Shown here piece by piece: positions 10,767 through 23,610 of a DNA stretch of 64,000 nt. The notes beneath the pieces were generated by a model. That model did not search any database, had not been told where the DNA came from, and worked only from the letters and a program-made list of their open reading frames with translations. A program made the position numbers and the translations under genes. The stretch is taken from contig NC_043002.1 in assembly GCF_006345805.1 (NCBI RefSeq), forward strand, positions 91,140,001 to 91,204,000, in the 5' to 3' direction. How positions within the stretch are numbered: position 1 is the first letter of the stretch; each line of letters starts with the position of its first letter. This stretch comes from Octopus sinensis (Eukaryota).

Positions 10767-13700
10767 ATGTCGAAAAATAATAGTGGTGATATGGATGGAA
10801 GCACTCCGTCGGTTACGACGATGAGTGTTCCGGTTGATCCGAATCAACGGAACAGCCTGCTCGTGAAATTAACGTGCAAGTGGCTGAGCACTCCACAGAC
10901 ACGTGCACCCTTAACGCAGTTCTCGGGGATATTCAGCTTGACACAGAGAGTGACAAGGCCGGCCCCTTGAAATACAGGTACAACAGAAACAGGAAGTAAG
11001 AGTGAGAGAAAGTTGTGGTGAAAGAGTACAGCAGGGATCACCACCATCCCCTGCCGGAGCCTCGTGGAGCTTTTAGGTGTTTTCGCTCAATAAACACTCA
11101 CAACACCCGGTCTGGGAATCGAAACCGCGATCCTGTAACTGCGAGTCCGCTGCCCTAACCACTGGGCCATTGCGCCTCCACGTAATAGTGGTGATAACGA
11201 AGGTGACAAACGTTGACTTACTTCAGTTTATGAGAAACAGTAGTTTCCGAAGAACTCTGGCTGTAACAGCGAAAATGAAGCTGGACCTTTAATGGAAAGC
11301 CTCTCGCTCGGCAGTGGATCAATAAAGACGCAGACTGACCACAGATGTCATCCTAATAAAACATCAGCAGATAATAGAGTAAGAAGGAAGAAGTGGACTA
11401 GCGAAGAAAACAGGATAGTGATACAGTATTACTTAGAAAGTGAACCTAAAAGAAGGGGCTATAGAAAACAGATGTTAACATTTTGGGTAGTGAAGGATGT
11501 TTAAAGTGACTGAGCAGAGATTAGTTGATTAAGTTAATGCTATTAGAAGCAAAGTGGATAACCAAATTGGAGGTAGAGGAGATCACAAGAGAACTAGAAA
11601 AGAAAGACCAGCCAGTAGGTAAGACAAGCAACAATATAAGAGATACCGCTCAAACGAAAGAAGAGCCTAAATGAAAAAATAATAATAGCACTACCAATAA
11701 GGAAGGGGCAACTGGCACCAACGGCTTAAGTGATTTAAATGAGGAAGATCAGAAGATTTTACATGAGTTACAGGAAGTAATGAGTAAAGAAGTAACAAAA
11801 AGATTACCTGCATTAAAAGGAACCAACAGAAGGAAGTTACAAGAAATGGCCAGGAAAGTAGATTCTGATATCAGTGGAATGGATACTAAAAATATAGAAG
11901 GCACTAACTTATTGATCTATGCATGAAGTGTAGTAGTCACCAGAAGATTAGATATCTCACAGGGAAAGATTAAAAAAGAGCAAATGTGAAAAAGGAGACT
12001 ACAAAATAAAGTGAAGTCTCTAAGACAATATCTGAGTAGAAAAGAAATTTCGAAAACAAACAAGTGAGTGAAAACAAAATGCAAGTCCTCCTTCGTGGAA
12101 AGATTTGGGACAATAATAGAAGAGTTGAAACAGCGTATCATAGCAGTAGCAGGCAAGCTCTCCAAATATCAGAAAAGAATAGACCAGTATCAACAGAATA
12201 GATAATTTGAGACAGACCAGAGGAGATTTTATAACAAAATAAATAGTGGAGAACGAAGTACTGAAGATGAGAAGCCTAATGCAGAAGAAGCTAGAAATTT
12301 CTGGAGTAATATTTGGGATACACCAGTCGATCATAACGGAGATGCAGTATGGTTAAATAAATTGAGGGAAGAAGTAGTGAGTGAGGAGCAACCAGATTAA
12401 TTAGTGCATTAATGAGTAAAGTGTTAGGAAAACTGCCGAATTGGAAGGGCCCAGGACCAGATTTAGTTGAAAGATTGGGGCTAAAGAAATTCAGTAGTTT
12501 ACATGGAAGGCTTAGGGAACAACTCCAGGGTTGCCTTAATGGTGGAATAATACTAGATCGGATGACTAAAGGGAGGACAATACTCATTATAAAGGATAAG
12601 AGCAAGGGTAATACAGCTAGCAACTATAGACCAATCACTTACTTACCATTAGCGTGGAAGCTGTTAACAGAATGCTTTCAGAAAGTATTTACGAGCACCT
12701 TGACAACCAGAATTTACTACTAGAACAACAGAAAGGTTGCAGGAAGAAGGCTAGAGGAACGCACGATTGATTATATATAGACAAAGCAATTCTAAGGAAA
12801 AATTAATATAAAAAGAATTTTCCTGGGGGGTTCGTTGTTCCTTTTAATATTTATCTTATGTTTGGTTCCCCTCAGTTTAGTATTAGGAAGGCAAAGGCAG
12901 GGTATTAGTTCAGAAATAGTCACGGAAAAATTAACCATTTGCTCTACATGGATGATCTGAAGCTTTTTAGTAAGAATGCATAAGAGATAGATTCATTAAT
13001 ACAGACTCTTACACTTTTTAGCAAAGATATAGTTGTAGAATTTGGCATAAATAAGTGTGCATGAGAAGGGGACAGATAGTCAACAGTGAAAGAAGGCAAT
13101 TATCAGATGGCCAGACATTAAAACCATTGGAGTATTAGAATCTGACAGAGTACGATATACAGAAATGAAAACAAAAACGGAGGAGTACATCAGAAAGGTG
13201 AGGAAGCTAATGAAGTCAAAGCTAAATGGTCCGAATTTAATGAAGGCTGTAAATACTTGGGCAGGATCATTACTTAGATACTCAGCAGCTTTGTAGATTG
13301 GGCAAAACCTGAATTAGCAAAGCCAGACAAGAGAGCTAGGAAGAAATTCAATATGAATGGAGGACTCCACCCAAGGGCAGGAGTAGCAAGATTATACTTA
13401 CTTATAAAGGAAGGTGGAAGAGGGTTAATATCAGTAGAAGACTGCATGGAATTAGCTATGTAGGTAATAGTGAAGAAAGTTTATTAAAAGCTGCTAGAAT
13501 CACAAAACACCAAACGAACTTAAAAACCTGAAAAATGAACAGAAATTATCTGACTGGCAGGAGAAGGCATTGGATGGTAGAAGGCATTGCATGGTAAATT
13601 CCCAAAGATAATTTCAGCAAATAGTAGCGAGACATGGCTATGGCTGCAGAAAGGAAAGCTGAAAAGGGAGACAAAGTTTGTTAGTTGCTGCATAAGATCA

Positions 13701-14418
13701 AGCAATAAGGACTAATTGGATAAAAGCCAAGATAGACAAAAACAAAGTAGATTCCAATGTAGATTATGCAAATCAAGAGAGGAAACCGTTACTCATATAG
13801 TAAGTGAATGTAGCATGCTGCCATAGAAAGAATACAAAAAAGGACATGACAATCTAGGGAGAGTAATCCACTGGGAGCTATGGAGGAAGCTAGGATTTGA
13901 CCATACCATAAATGGAATGAACAGGAAACTAGTAAAGTATTAGAAAGTAAGAAATACTTTAACATTCAAACGGACAGAGTAATAAAAGCCAGAAGGCCTG
14001 ATTTAGTAGTAGTAGATAAAGAGAATAGAAAGTGCCAAACAATTAACTTTACAGTCCCAAATGATCAAAAATTAATAAAAAATATAGGAAAAAATAGCAA
14101 AGTACCAGCCAGCATCTAGCTATTGAATTACAGAGACTATAGAAAGTGCGGGTAAAATGTATCCCAGTAGTTATAGGTGCATTGGTAACTATCACTAAAG
14201 ATCTGAACAGACGGATTGAGGAAACAGGCATAAAACCCAGTTTAGTATAGGTGCAGAAAACAATGTTATTAAGGACAGCTAGGATACTTAGGGGGGTTCT
14301 TGGCATCTAAAGTTACTTGTTGTCACCCAATAGGAAGGTTCTTGGCATTTAAGCATACTTATTGTAGCCCGATGTTAGGATTCTTTTCTTTTCCAACAGC
14401 CTAATCTGTTGAGCGTAT
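10767..14418 (+). mobile_element. Decayed near full-length R4/Dong-clade non-LTR retrotransposon (RT + zinc knuckle + restriction-like endonuclease); ORF pseudogenised, stop at 14308-14310
   Basis: RRKKWTSEENRIVIQYYLESEPKRRGYRKQM N-terminal motif; RT motifs KLPNWKGPGPD, GRTILIIKDKSKGNTASNYRPIT, HLLYMDDLKLF; CRLCKSREETVTHIVSEC; RPDLVVVDKENRKC; IPVVIGAL; many stops and frameshifts; followed by (AAT)n. Confidence 0.92.
10792..11182 (-). mobile_element. tRNA-derived SINE family C inserted in the 5' end of the LINE ORF
   Basis: Minus-strand head with A-box tggcccagtgg and B-box ggtttcgattcc; TSD taatagtggtgata at 10778-10791 and 11183-11196. Confidence 0.92.
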
Positions 14419-14419
14419 A

Positions 14420-14635
<216 letters not shown>

Positions 14636-14636
<1 letters not shown>

Positions 14637-14697
14637 CTGATGTAGTACCAGGCAGTGGCTCTCATGGCTTCTGATCTTAACTGATTGGAAGTGTTAT
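14636..14697 (-). mobile_element. Probable 3' tip of a retroelement ending in (ATT)n
   Basis: Unique GC-richer segment abutting the microsatellite, which reads as its tail on the minus strand. Confidence 0.4.
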
Positions 14698-14734
14698 TCT
14701 TCCACTTTCTTTTTCTCCTTCTTAGAAAAGCATA

Positions 14735-15105
14735 CACAGAGTAGACTCATTTAGTCACACACGGAAGTGCGATATTGTTGTAGTGAACAAAAAATAAAAA
14801 AAAAAGAGCTTGCATGATAATCGACATAGCTTGTCCCGGTGACAACAGGATCAAATAGAAAGAAGATTAAAAACTTGTTTGAAATGGGAAATACGCAGGC
14901 TGTGGTCAATGAAGAGGGTGGACGTGATACCAGAATTAACATGGTTCAAAAAGATTGGTATAAATGTAAAGATAGAACACCTAAAAAATTCATCATTGCT
15001 TGGAACTGCAAGAGTTCTCCGCAGGCTGTGGGCAACTGGCACTTTCTTAGATATCCAGCAAAATAAACTGCGGGTTTTCATCAAATAATGATAATAATAA
15101 TAATA
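14735..15105 (+). mobile_element. 3' fragment of a second R4/Dong-like LINE (RLE C-terminus)
   Basis: CDIVVVNKK..ACMIIDIACPGDNRI..LKWEIRRLWSMKRVDVIP..SLLGTARVLRR, then (TAA)n. Confidence 0.8.
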
Positions 15106-15687
15106 ATCTGTATTAAAATAAGAGCTGTGTTTCTTTCTCCGTCCGTCACACGATCGGATTAAGATTATTTCGATAGGTGGAATGCAATGCATACAACACC
15201 ACTATCAGGCACCCAATGTGAGAGGTGGTGATGTTAGACCGGGTGACGGTTTAAATCTAAGTAAGCCCAAGTAAGTCGAGGCAGAATTTGAACTTAGATC
15301 GCGGGAAATCGGAGCAAATGCTGATTGGCATTCTGTTCGAAGCTATTCAAAATAAACAATGGATTTATTCAATTTATCTATGCGTTGAATATACATATGC
15401 TACATGAGAAAAATGAAGTTTGTGTTTTATTTTTGGTCAAAGTTTATTTTTTTCCACACACACCGTCAAAAAGAAAGAAAATGACCGTGAATAAATGCTG
15501 AAATGAGAAAGATAAAGAAAGCGGAGGAGACTGGAAGACTGGAAGACAGAGAAAGGTTATAACAATAGCAACAAATTTAGTAAAGCCTTCTGTCAGTAGT
15601 AGAGTTACTTCTGCTGTAAACGTATTTCGATTCATTGAATGCATTCCTTCTATTTCTTCAAGCTATATTTTTAAGGTGGTTAAAATA

Positions 15688-16194
15688 TCTCTCTCTATAT
15701 AAACGGCAGTTTGTCTGTCTGTGTGTCTGTCAGGTTGTACCCTCACTCTGAGCACGGCTTTCAACCGATTCTGATGAAACTTGACACACACATAGCCCAA
15801 TGTCATAATCCAAAACTAACGCAGCGAAAATTTTGAAAAGTTCCCCCAGTTCTGAAAAAAATCGATAAATTCGACATGGGGTCGAGAATCTAAGCTTTTT
15901 ATTTGCAACGCATTTTCTGTTGTAGTTTTCGCAACTTGCAATCGATTTTCACCAAACTCATGGTGAAGCTTAATGTTACCCTAAGAAACTTAATTCTGAC
16001 GTTAGTTTTCCATGCAATACCTTACCATCAGAAAAAATCGATAAAATCATGCCATTTTGGGAAATCGCGTTCAAATTGAAGATGACATATTTTCGACAAT
16101 ATCTTTCTCAAATTGGCAAGAATTTTTTTAAAAAATTCACAGCGAGCATCATGTCTGCTCCAGGGGCTCTTACATACCCGGGCTATGCTGCTAG
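15688..16194 (+). mobile_element. Non-autonomous Helitron
   Basis: 5' TC followed by tatataa and a gtctgt tract; 3' cccgggctatgctgCTAG; inserted between A and T. Confidence 0.7.
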
Positions 16195-16234
16195 TTTTAT
16201 ATAAACCTTCATCCAGTAAAAACAATCAATTTTG

Positions 16235-16342
16235 CCGTTCTTCTTTTTTTGGGATCGATGAAATAAGTACCAGTTAAGCGCTAGAGTCGATGAAATCGAC
16301 CATCCCGCTCCCGCATAATATCAGTGCCTATACTAGAAAGAA
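16235..16342 (+). mobile_element. SINE family A 3' fragment
   Basis: gggatcgatgaaataagtaccagtt...gtcgatgaaatcgac. Confidence 0.55.
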
Positions 16343-17056
16343 TAATGTTTCATTTAAATATTTAATGATATACAACAATTACGAACGTAAGACATTTCTC
16401 TGAAATGTTACGTTAACATTGACAAAATTATTGCAAAAAAATCCGTTTTGCCACAAATATTACTAGCTTTAACCCACATGTTCATGAATGTGAAAGCTTT
16501 TATGAAGTTACTTGATTTTCTAGAAATAGCAGCAAATTCTCCTTTTAATTTGGCTGAAAGACACATCGTAATGATAAAAATAGAACATTTGACGATATAA
16601 AGTGAAACTATATTAAATTTTACAAATATTTTCCATTAAGTATGTATTTATTTATAAGAATAATGAAATAAAATAACAAGAAGAGTAATGTTTGCTATAT
16701 GCATAATGACTAAACTATTTCTTTTGTTATGCATGTATTAGAATATATTTATTAATTACAGTTAAAAGATATTTCAAATTTTAGAATAATGTAATAGGAA
16801 ATTAATCGATATTCAGTTAGTTAAATTTTTGAAGAAAACTTTTTTTAAACACTAATTCAATATGAAATAAAAGAATAAAATATCGCATGAATATTATGAG
16901 AAACCAAGACACGTAAAAGAGAGGGTTTATTTAGATTTCATAAGTTTTCTAATCCTATGTATTACAATTGCACTTTTACGTGCATTTTCTTTTTTCTCAA
17001 TGGCTAAATATGAATGAGAAATGCAAAATTTCTCGCGAAGAAGTACCAAGAATACA

Positions 17057-17444
17057 GTGTGGAAGCACTCCGTCGGTTACGACGACGAGGGTTCCGGTTG
17101 ATCCGAATCAACGGAACAGCCTGCTCGTGAAATTAACGTGTAAGTGGCTGAGCATTCCACAGACACGTGTACCCTTAACGTAGTTCTCAGGGAGATTCAG
17201 CGTGACACAGAGAGTGACAAGGCCGGCCCTTTGAAATACAGGTACAACAGAAACAGGAAGTAAGAGTGAGAGAAAGTTGTGGTGAAAGAGTACAGCAGGG
17301 ATCACCACCATCCTCTGCCGGAGCCTCGTGGAGCTTTAGGTGTTTTCGCTCAATAAACACTCACAACGCCCGGTCTGGGAATCGAAACCGCGATCCTACG
17401 ACCGCGAGTCCGCTGCCCTAACCACTGGGCCATTGCACCTCCGC
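17057..17444 (-). mobile_element. SINE family C (dimer unit 1)
   Basis: Matches 10792-11182; left TSD accaagaataca at 17045-17056. Confidence 0.92.
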
Positions 17445-17452
17445 ACCAGTAT

Positions 17453-17834
17453 GAAGCACTCCGTCGGTTACGACGACGAGGGTTCCGGTTGATCCGATCA
17501 ACGGAACAGCCTGCTCATGAAATTAACGTGTAAGTGGCTGAGCATTCCACAGACACGTGTACCCTTAACGTAATTCTCGGAGATATTCAGCGTGACACAG
17601 ATAGTGACAAGGCCTGCCCTTTGAAATACAGGTACAACAGAAACAGGAAGTAAGAGTGAGAGAAAGTTGTGGTGAAAGGGTACAGCAGGGATCACCACCA
17701 TCCACTGCCGGAGCCTCGTGGAGCTTTAGGTGTTTTCGCTCGATAAACACTCACAACGCCCGGTCTGGGAATCGAAACCGCGATCCTACGACCACGAGTC
17801 CGCTGCCCTAACCACTGGGCTATTGCGCCTCCGC
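17453..17834 (-). mobile_element. SINE family C (dimer unit 2)
   Basis: Matches unit 1; right TSD accaagaataca at 17835-17846. Confidence 0.92.
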
Positions 17835-17849
17835 ACCAAGAATACAACA

Positions 17850-18130
17850 GACTACAAGGAGACAGAGAATGAACGAAACAGAATGGACACAAAAAAAGAA
17901 AAAAGAAAAATTGTAAGCGAATGCTGGACGAAGACAAGGACGAGAACAACAAAAACATTGAGCATCTCAGTTCAAAATACTGCGCGGCACAAGCAAGCAC
18001 GAGAACAACTTTCTCAAAAGCAGCAAGAACTCGTCTGAGCTCAAAATGCTGAACAACCTAGAAGAGTATATCAGAACCTTCCTAGGAAAAAAGACAACAA
18101 TTGATTGCGCAAAACAGAATTAATCGTCAA
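17850..18130 (+). mobile_element. Possible R4/Dong-like ORF remnant
   Basis: AREQLSQK...PRRVYQNL resembles the pre-RT segment (..DQRRFYNKI) of the 10.8-kb element. Confidence 0.35.
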
Positions 18131-18154
18131 ATTAGACAAAGATGGATGTTGAAT

Positions 18155-18426
18155 CATTTCTTTATTTTTATGAATCATTTCTTTATTAATATCTATTTCT
18201 TTACTACCCACAAGGGGCTAAACACAGAGAGGAAAAACAAGGACAGACAAAGGGATTAAGTCGATTATATCGACCCCAGTGCGTAACTGGTACTTATTTA
18301 ATCGACCCCGAAAGGATGAAAGGCAAAGTCGACCTCGGCGGAATTTGAACTCAGAGCGTAGCGACAGACGAAATACCACTAAGCATTTCGCCCGACGTGC
18401 TAACGTTTCTGCCAGCTCGCCGCCTT
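18155..18426 (-). mobile_element. SINE family A with 19-bp TSD
   Basis: TSD acaaagatggatgttgaat at 18136-18154 and 18427-18445. Confidence 0.9.
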
Positions 18427-19202
18427 ACAAAGATGGATGTTGAATGTTTCAAGACAGCCAGTCGTGGACTCAGCTCTGGAAGTAGATATCAATGTAACCC
18501 GAGGTATTTGTGACTCAATTGACGTGAGATGCTTTCAATGTAGCGCTCTAGTGTTCATGGAAGAGTTTAATGAAAGAATGTTGGCCTATTTTGAATTTAG
18601 AATTTGTAGCGAAATCTGGTTTAATCCATATTCCTGAAGTATTAGATTTACTCAATGAAGTACATTAATTGTTCATATTTGATTCACCAGAGGCAAAACA
18701 TTTCAAAAAATACTTTTAATATTCTTAAGAACAAATTTAACAGCAAAGAGAGGGAGAGAGAGGGGGAGAGAGAAAGAGAGATAAATTACAGATAAAGGGA
18801 GGGAAAATGATGCTGTAACTTTCTGTACTCATCAGTCTCCAATAGTTTCAGAGCTAACAAGACGTATTAGCAATAATCTTTGCCTGTACGAAATAAATAG
18901 AGGCTGACACAATACAAAAAAAAAATGTTGTTATTGAATTACATGCAGGTAAAATATCCGATGGCAAACTCTTCAGAAGGATAATATGTCTACATGCAAC
19001 AAACTTGCTGTACTGATACCTGGTACCGATTAGGAAACTCGTCAGTGGGTAAGAATGATGGTAAGTTTGAAGCAAACAGCAATAACCAATTTCTTCAAAT
19101 ACTTAAGGATTTTCATCAAATATTTGACTCTCTATATGATGTATCCATGTTTTTTCTCGATGGCTTAGATTGATGGCAACTCGATATACTAAGCCAAAGA
19201 AG

Positions 19203-19413
19203 GCGGCACGCTAGCAGAATCGATGGCACGCCAAGCAAAATGCTTAGCGGCATTTTCATCCGTCTTTACGTTCTGGGTCCAAATTCAACCGAGGTTGACT
19301 TTGTATTTCATCAATTTGGAGTGGATAAAATAAGTACCAGTTCATCACTGGGGTCGATGTAATCGACTCACTCCTTCCCCGAAATTGTTGGTGTTGTACC
19401 AAAATTTGAAACA
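19203..19413 (+). mobile_element. SINE family A (tail type 2) with 20-bp TSD
   Basis: TSD gatatactaagccaaagaag at 19183-19202 and 19414-19433. Confidence 0.88.
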
Positions 19414-19548
19414 GATATACTAAGCCAAAGAAGCGACAGAAAAGGAAAATGTCTTCAGTTTTATTCTTTCGGATATTGAAGCTGGATTGGATAATATATT
19501 GTATCATAGACACCGTTTATTGCAAAAGTTTTGTGTAGACTATGCTTT

Positions 19549-19705
19549 GGAGTGGCTGTGCGGCAAGTAGCTTGCTTACGAACCACATGGTTCCGGGTTC
19601 AGTCCCATTGCGTGGCACCTTGAGCAAGTGTCTTCTACTATAGCCTCGGACCGACCAAAGCCTTGTGAGTGGATTTGGTAGACAGAAACTGAAAGAAGCC
19701 CATTG

Positions 19706-19783
<78 letters not shown>

Positions 19784-20048
19784 GTGTGTGTGTGTGTGTG
19801 TGTGTGTCTGTGTCTCTGTGTGTGTTTATGAGTGTGTGTTTGTGTTTGTGTGTCTGTGTTTGTCTCCCCAACATCGCTTGACAACCGATGGTGGTGTGTT
19901 TACGCCCCCGTAACTTAGTGGTTCGGCAAAAGAAACCGACAGAATAAGTACTAGGCTTACAAAGAATAAGTCCTGGGGTCGATTTGCTCGACTAAAGGCG
20001 GTGCTCCAGCATGGCCAAAGTCACATGACTGAAACAAGTAAAGAGAGA
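19549..20048 (+). mobile_element. SINE family B with expanded internal (TA)n(TG)n
   Basis: Head ggagtggctgtgcgg...gggttcagtccc; tail gactgaaacaagtaaaaga. Confidence 0.9.
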
Positions 20049-20139
20049 GACTAATGTACACAACTCAATTTACTTCTTTGTAATGTGCTCGAAATAGTCA
20101 GTAGACCCTTCGAGTAGATTTGTACAATGGTCAGGCAGA

Positions 20140-21583
20140 TAAAATCATTGGAGGTGATACTGTCTGGAGTGGGAGATGATATGGTCTCCCAAATTCATTT
20201 GCAAGCAGTCTGAAATATATGACAAAGCACGACGAAGACATGGTGGCAATCGTAAGGAAATTACAAAAATTAACACTTGTGACATTTACTTGCATCGAAA
20301 GAAGGAAAAAATTACCAGAGGATTTGGTGCAGATCAAACTTCCATTGATTGCCCTCATATAACAACATGAGTTTTCAAACTGAAGCAACAGCAACTTTAC
20401 AAAATTTCAGATCTGGCGTTTCGGAAATTTAATGGCTATGTGAGTCCAATTAGAGTGAATGCGAAGTTTTGCATACTCAACCAAATATAAGAGTTCTCAA
20501 TTCTTTTTAACAACAATAATTTTGTTGCATTGTCTGGAGTGGGAGATGATATGGTCTCCCAAATTCATTTGCAAGCAGTCTGAAATATATGACAAAGGAC
20601 AACGAAGACATGGTGGCAATCGTAAGGAAATTACATGAATGCGAAGTTTTGCAAACTCAACCAAATATAAGAGTTCTCAATTCTTTTTAACAACAGTAAG
20701 TTTGTTGCATTGAATCAGGTGAAGCACTATGAAAATTGGTGCAGGAACTGGGCGATGGAAAGATTCTAGTATTATTAATGACACACTTTTCCCAGACACC
20801 AGCTAGATTCCGTCCTTCCTAAATTCAGAAAGATTTGGTTCAGTTTGTTTATCCCGAGGTATCACCTCACTTTAAAAAAGGACAACAGATGTCTTCAAGA
20901 GCTATTTTAAAATCACCAAACAACAAAAAAACAAAAACGAAATAATGGAGTTGATCAACTAAACAAAGACATTTTGAATAAACTCCGGAAAAGTGATGAT
21001 ACTAAGAACGGTTGACTCGATGGTAGAAGAAATTCAACTTGTTTTTTTTTCATGATACAGTTTTGGAATTCATTAAATATAAGCTGTCCACATTCTCATA
21101 TCGTCAAAATCAAGATAAAGGATCCACTAATGTTTCTTCTATACTTAGACCACAGAAAAGGCCACTGAAATTGTAGACGATACACAGTCCTCATCTCTAC
21201 TGACAATATACTGACTGCCAGCAAACTTAGCAGCTCTGATGCAGGAATGGTGCTAATGGTTCTTTGGATTTCTCTTCAACTATCAGCTTCCTTTCTCTCT
21301 GATTTCCCATTCACTTTAAGAAGATTGTAATTCCTTATAAGCTCTGCTTTTGTTATGTCGATAAATAAGCATCAAGGACAAAGTTTAAAGAGGTGAGAAT
21401 TGTATCTTTCAACTGCAGTGTTCAAACACGGACAATCATATATTGCCATCAGTAGAGTAACTGAGATTCAAAAGTCGGAGAATATTTGCAGATCAAAAAG
21501 AACGCAACCACACAGCCGGAAAGAGACATAAGGCCGAAAAGAGAAGCTTAACTAGGAATACTGTTTATGGAGAAGTCATCTAA
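20140..21583 (+). pseudogene. Helitron RepHel remnant (Rep fragment fused by deletion to the PIF1 helicase C-terminal half)
   Basis: YGLPNSFASSLKYM..DEDMVAIVRKL..VTFTC (Rep); VDQLNKDILNKL; DFPFTLRRL*F..AFVMSINKHQGQSLKR..VFKHGQSYIAISRV..TRNTVYGEVI* (PIF1 C-terminal motifs). Confidence 0.85.
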
Positions 21584-22249
21584 CTATTAATATTAAATAA
21601 TCTGTATAATGAGCTTTCAGAATATGAAATGAAATATTTTAAAAATAATCGCTTTTAGTTAAACAATCACCGAATAAAGCTATGGTGAAATCCGTTCCAT
21701 CAGAGACCATCCTGTCTTTTTCGTTGTTTAGTATGATGGTGACTATCATCAAGTAGACCTAAAATCAATAGCGTTCTAGAAATGAACATCCCATTTTTTC
21801 TGACTTTGTATATTAAAGTTTACGCTATCCAATGAACATAGTATAGCTGTATGGTTAAGAAGTTTGATTCCATTCGTAATGCCTCATAATGTTGGATGGA
21901 TTGTACCTGTAATTCAAATAACTAATCTTGTCACACATTGTCTCACTGATCCTTCTCGAAAATCTATGTTAAGAGTACATGTGTTTGTGAAATACATTCC
22001 GTTCATAGGTCCAGCATTGTCACACAATATATTATATTAATTCTGACTGAGGAATATGTTAAAGGTTCAACAGTATTTGGTATACTCAGTCATTTATGCT
22101 ATAATCCAATGGATTACTTCGGCCGAATTACTGGAATATCACCTTTGGAACTAACGGAGATCTTTTTACATTTTAAAAAAAATCTAAAATGTGATGTGAT
22201 TTAAAGGTGATTTGGTTGCTATTTCTTTTAGCCGAGCGACAACCAGGCA

Positions 22250-23190
22250 TGAGTGACCTTTTCAAGACGCGGCTGCATGAGCCATGGTTCATCATCAAGC
22301 GAGCCGCACTACTAAAATAATTCAAGATAATTTTTCGCTAGGAGTGTCATAGGAGAGTCTCGCGGGCCAGTTTGCCCATGATTTATAGAGACACTTCTTT
22401 GGTACGACATACAAATTGTAACATATTTAGCTGCAATGGTAAGGAAATGTCGTGACTTCCATGAACTTTTCAAAATGACTCAAATCAATGCTTCAAGTTA
22501 ACTGTACTAGTATAATATGTCTTGTCCACTATCAAACGACATCTGAGGTAAATGAGAAATCCTACACAATGCATTAAGTCTCTCTCACTGTTATCACAAT
22601 AGTATCTTGACATTTTCATCAAATGCTTTTACTAATTAAATCCATGTTGGAAGGAGCAAAGCCGTAGCTGTCTCATCTGAATTTATCACTATTATAAAAG
22701 CAAGTAGACAGATGCGTTATACTTACGAACGTACCGAACTCCACTTGAGAATTGGGCTAGTAGCGGCATTGTTAAAGCTTCTTCCAATAACAAGCGAAGC
22801 CAATTAAAGTATTTGGCTGGTGTTTGTTTAATTGTTCAATATCGTACTACAATCTATTACAGTATCATTCGAGATAGCAAGACTGTTAGACTTGAACTTA
22901 GCATAGTACTGGTTTATTGCTTGTTATGATACTGGGCAGTAGATATCGACTGTTATAACAGAATAATTTATGTTACAATAGAGTAATTTATTTCAAGTCA
23001 GTGCGCGCTTCATTGTGAGCTGAAATCTATTTATTAGGCATTCCGACAAGTGGAATTGAAACGAAGTCTACGCATTCATAGGAAAATGGCAATATTGGCG
23101 TTGTGTTTGCTTCATTTGGGTGGTGTTAGAGATAGGGAATAAACTGAAAATCAGAATCGAAACTGCATATCTCCCAGATGATTAGGATTT
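22250..23190 (+). pseudogene. Second, older Helitron linker/PIF1 N-half remnant
   Basis: Weak matches: FQDAAA; KAVAVSS (compare LAVASSG); LKSIY*AFRQVELKRSLRI..LLHLG (compare LW..F..L.L..NMR..LL.IG). Confidence 0.45.
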
Positions 23191-23246
23191 GTTGTGCAGT
23201 ATTCATTAAATCTATTTAGAATATATCACAAAAATGGAACGGAGTA

Positions 23247-23610
23247 GCAGAAACTATTGTAGTGGGAGGGACTAAGCGTGGCGGAGCAGCAGAAACTACT
23301 GTAATGGGAGGAGCAGAGGATATAAGGTGTGGCAGAAACTACAGTAATGGGAGGAGCAGATGATACATGGTGTAGCAGAAACTACTGTACTGGGAGGGAC
23401 TAAGTGAGGTAGGGCAGCAGAAACTACTGGGCCAAATGAGGTGGAGAAACAGAAATTACTGTAGAAGGCGGGACTAAATTATATTGAATGGCAGAAATTA
23501 CAACAGTGGGTGGAACTAATTGAAGTAGAACCGCAGGAACTGCTGTAATGGGCGGGATAAAATTAGGTAGAGTAGTAAAAATTGCTATAGTGGGAGGGAC
23601 TAAATGCATT
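23247..23610 (+). repeat. Minisatellite, about 9 units of 42/43 bp
   Basis: gcagaaactactgtaatgggagg core at 23247, 23289, 23332, 23375, 23417 and onward. Confidence 0.88.
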
